A DNA stretch of 64,000 nucleotides from Leucoraja ocellata (taxonomy: Eukaryota), in NCBI GenBank assembly GCA_036785375.1, contig JAWMAR010000085.1, positions 7,440,001 to 7,504,000 of the forward strand, in the 5' to 3' direction. The translations under genes and the position numbers were made by a program. This document shows, piece by piece, positions 63,674 through 64,000 of this stretch (its first letter is position 1; every line of letters starts with the position of its first letter). The notes beneath the pieces are model-generated. The model searched no databases, was not told the DNA's origin, and worked only from the letters and a program-made list of their open reading frames with translations.

Positions 63674-64000
63674 ACCCAGGGCTCAGTGTCATGGCAACTG
63701 AGGAGAAACCAGCAGCTGCGATGGGACACACGTTTGAAATGACGTGCAGCGTTTCAGCAGAGCACGTGGCGGTCCCCTACTACTCCGTGGTGGTAGCGAT
63801 GAACGAGCCGGCCTCCATCGACAGCAAGAGGCTTATCTCACTGACGCGGGAGTCGGTGGTGAAACTGGAGCAGTGGGATGTCAAGGACCGGCCGGAAGAC
63901 ATTATCCTGGAGAAGGTCAGCGACCAGGAATTCCGATTCCGTCTGTACAGGACTCAGTTTTCCGACCAGGGCTCGTATTACTGTCTTGTCCAGGCGTGGA
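63674..64000 (+). CDS. PTGFRN: PTGFRN exon 6, Ig domain 5 (truncated by window end; absent from the ORF track)
   Basis: Acceptor tgcccctcAG at 63672-63673. Manual translation DPGLSVMATEEKPAAAMGHTFEMTCSV..YYSVVV..ISLTRESVVKLEQW..IILEKVSDQEFRFRLYRTQFSDQGSYYCLVQAW resembles PTGFRN domain 5 (GNTFEMTC..SVVKLENW..LEKV..EFRYRMYQTQ). Confidence 0.95.

Noticed and set aside
56345-64000. Alternative identity IGSF8, IGSF3 or CD101
   Set aside because: At least five Ig exons exclude four-domain IGSF8. The RVV start, SEQNFDW, GNYE and the domain 4 and 5 motifs fit PTGFRN best.

Overview
This is vertebrate genomic DNA, very probably from a cartilaginous fish (skate or ray type). That is inferred from dense HE1-like V-SINEs, CR1/HER1 LINEs and Penelope-derived elements. 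One protein-coding gene is supported: PTGFRN (EWI-F/CD315) on the + strand. It has a CpG-rich leader exon near 30.5 kb, an intron 1 of about 25.8 kb containing a 200-N gap, and five phase-1 Ig V-type exons from 56345 to the window end; the gene continues beyond the window. The leader exon as assembled is 1 nt out of phase with exon 2, most likely a C-homopolymer error. Most other sequence is nested transposable elements: tRNA-derived SINEs, CR1 and L2/Rex-type LINE fragments, Harbinger-, hAT- and Tc1/mariner-type MITEs, and Penelope-like fragments. The most interesting signal is a very abundant family of short fold-back Penelope-derived elements that carry minimal hammerhead-ribozyme motifs; young copies have target-site duplications. 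A second is that the PTGFRN exon 3 splice acceptor appears to be built from an antisense CR1 fragment. Repeat coordinates are approximate, only representative copies are listed, and no database search was run.
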